Part shown: one piece after another, positions 63,361-64,000 of the stretch
How the letters are laid out: each line of letters opens with the position of its first letter
Position numbering within the stretch: the first letter of the stretch is position 1
Assembly (NCBI RefSeq): GCF_035084215.1
Contig: NC_090370.1
Span: forward strand, 6,200,001-6,264,000
Source: Heptranchias perlo
Taxonomy: Eukaryota
DNA: 64,000 bases
Direction: 5' to 3'
Notes under the pieces: generated by a model
Seen by the model: the letters and a program-made list of their open reading frames with translations, nothing else
Told to the model about the DNA's origin: nothing
Database searches by the model: none
Made by a program: the position numbers and the translations under genes

Positions 63361-63930
63361 GGGCATGATTTTGACCCCAAGCCGGGAAGGGGGCGGGTGG
63401 GTCAAATCACGGACGGAAACCCGGAAGTCCGACTGACCGGCCCGATTGACAGGCTGGTCTCAGTCGGATGGGAGAGCAGCCAGGGAGAGGACATGTTCAG
63501 GTAAGTTTTCAGGTAAGGCTTTGTTTGGATGGATGGTGGGGGGGCATGAGCGGGCATGGGGGCACCGGTGGGCATCAGTCATGGGGGGAGGGATCGTCGG
63601 GATTGGGGGTCATCATGGGGGCCCGGCGATTGTTGGGGGGAGGTCGGGGGTCATCGCAGGGGTCCGCGATCATTGGGGGGGTGGTTTGTGATCATTGGGG
63701 GTCGGTAGACTTGTTGGGCCTGGGGGAAGCACTCCTGCTTCTCCAGGCCCACAAGCTGTGCCAGAAAGGCACTTACCTGCATTTTCGGGCCTTCTCGACT
63801 CCTCTCACGTGGTGTGAAGGAGAAGGCCCAGGAATCCTGGCCCCCAGGGGTTGAAATTGCAAATTCTGCAAAAATGGAGGCCCGCAGCCTCCTTGAAAGG
63901 TTTTAGTCACCAACCCGGCTCCTTAAGGAG
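63361..63930. mobile_element. GC-rich interspersed repeat (MITE/DNA-transposon-like)
   Basis: Abrupt GC/CpG-rich block starting gggcatgattttgacccc with a small internal inverted repeat (tgattttgaccc...gggtcaaatca) and G-rich gggatc/gggtc repeats; family not identified. Confidence 0.45.
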
Positions 63931-64000
63931 AGACAGAAAGAAAAATCAATAAATCTATCTATCTATAATCTCTATATTAAAAGTCTTACACATAGTGTGC

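Overview
Eukaryotic (vertebrate) genomic DNA, not prokaryotic. The repeat content (CR1/HER1-type LINE 3' ends, Deu-domain tRNA-SINEs, L2 fragments) points to a cartilaginous fish; this is inference. The window holds a three-gene Wnt cluster, reconstructed by hand from splice sites and reading frames. (1) The 5' part of Wnt10b on the minus strand: coding exons 1982-1918 and 1704-1442; the rest lies left of the window. (2) A complete 4-exon Wnt6-type gene on the minus strand: 22567-22491, 21766-21546, 19460-19159, 12683-12222; 353 aa. (3) A complete 4-exon Wnt1 on the plus strand, divergent from Wnt6: 32077-32168, 32413-32666, 34345-34610, 49985-50473; 366 aa. The main finding is an intact Wnt6 between Wnt1 and Wnt10b. 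Mammals have WNT1-WNT10B with no Wnt6 between them, and WNT6 next to WNT10A. This looks like the full ancestral Wnt1-Wnt6-Wnt10 cluster with a retained second Wnt6 ohnolog. Non-coding highlights: a ~90-copy 35-bp minisatellite in Wnt1 intron 3 whose unit carries Forkhead and SOX cores and a mini-hairpin; a 41/42-bp minisatellite split by a CR1 insertion; LF-SINE-like relics; palindromic MITEs; and inverted SINE pairs in Wnt1 intron 3. Nearly all other ORFs in the track are repeat-derived or spurious.
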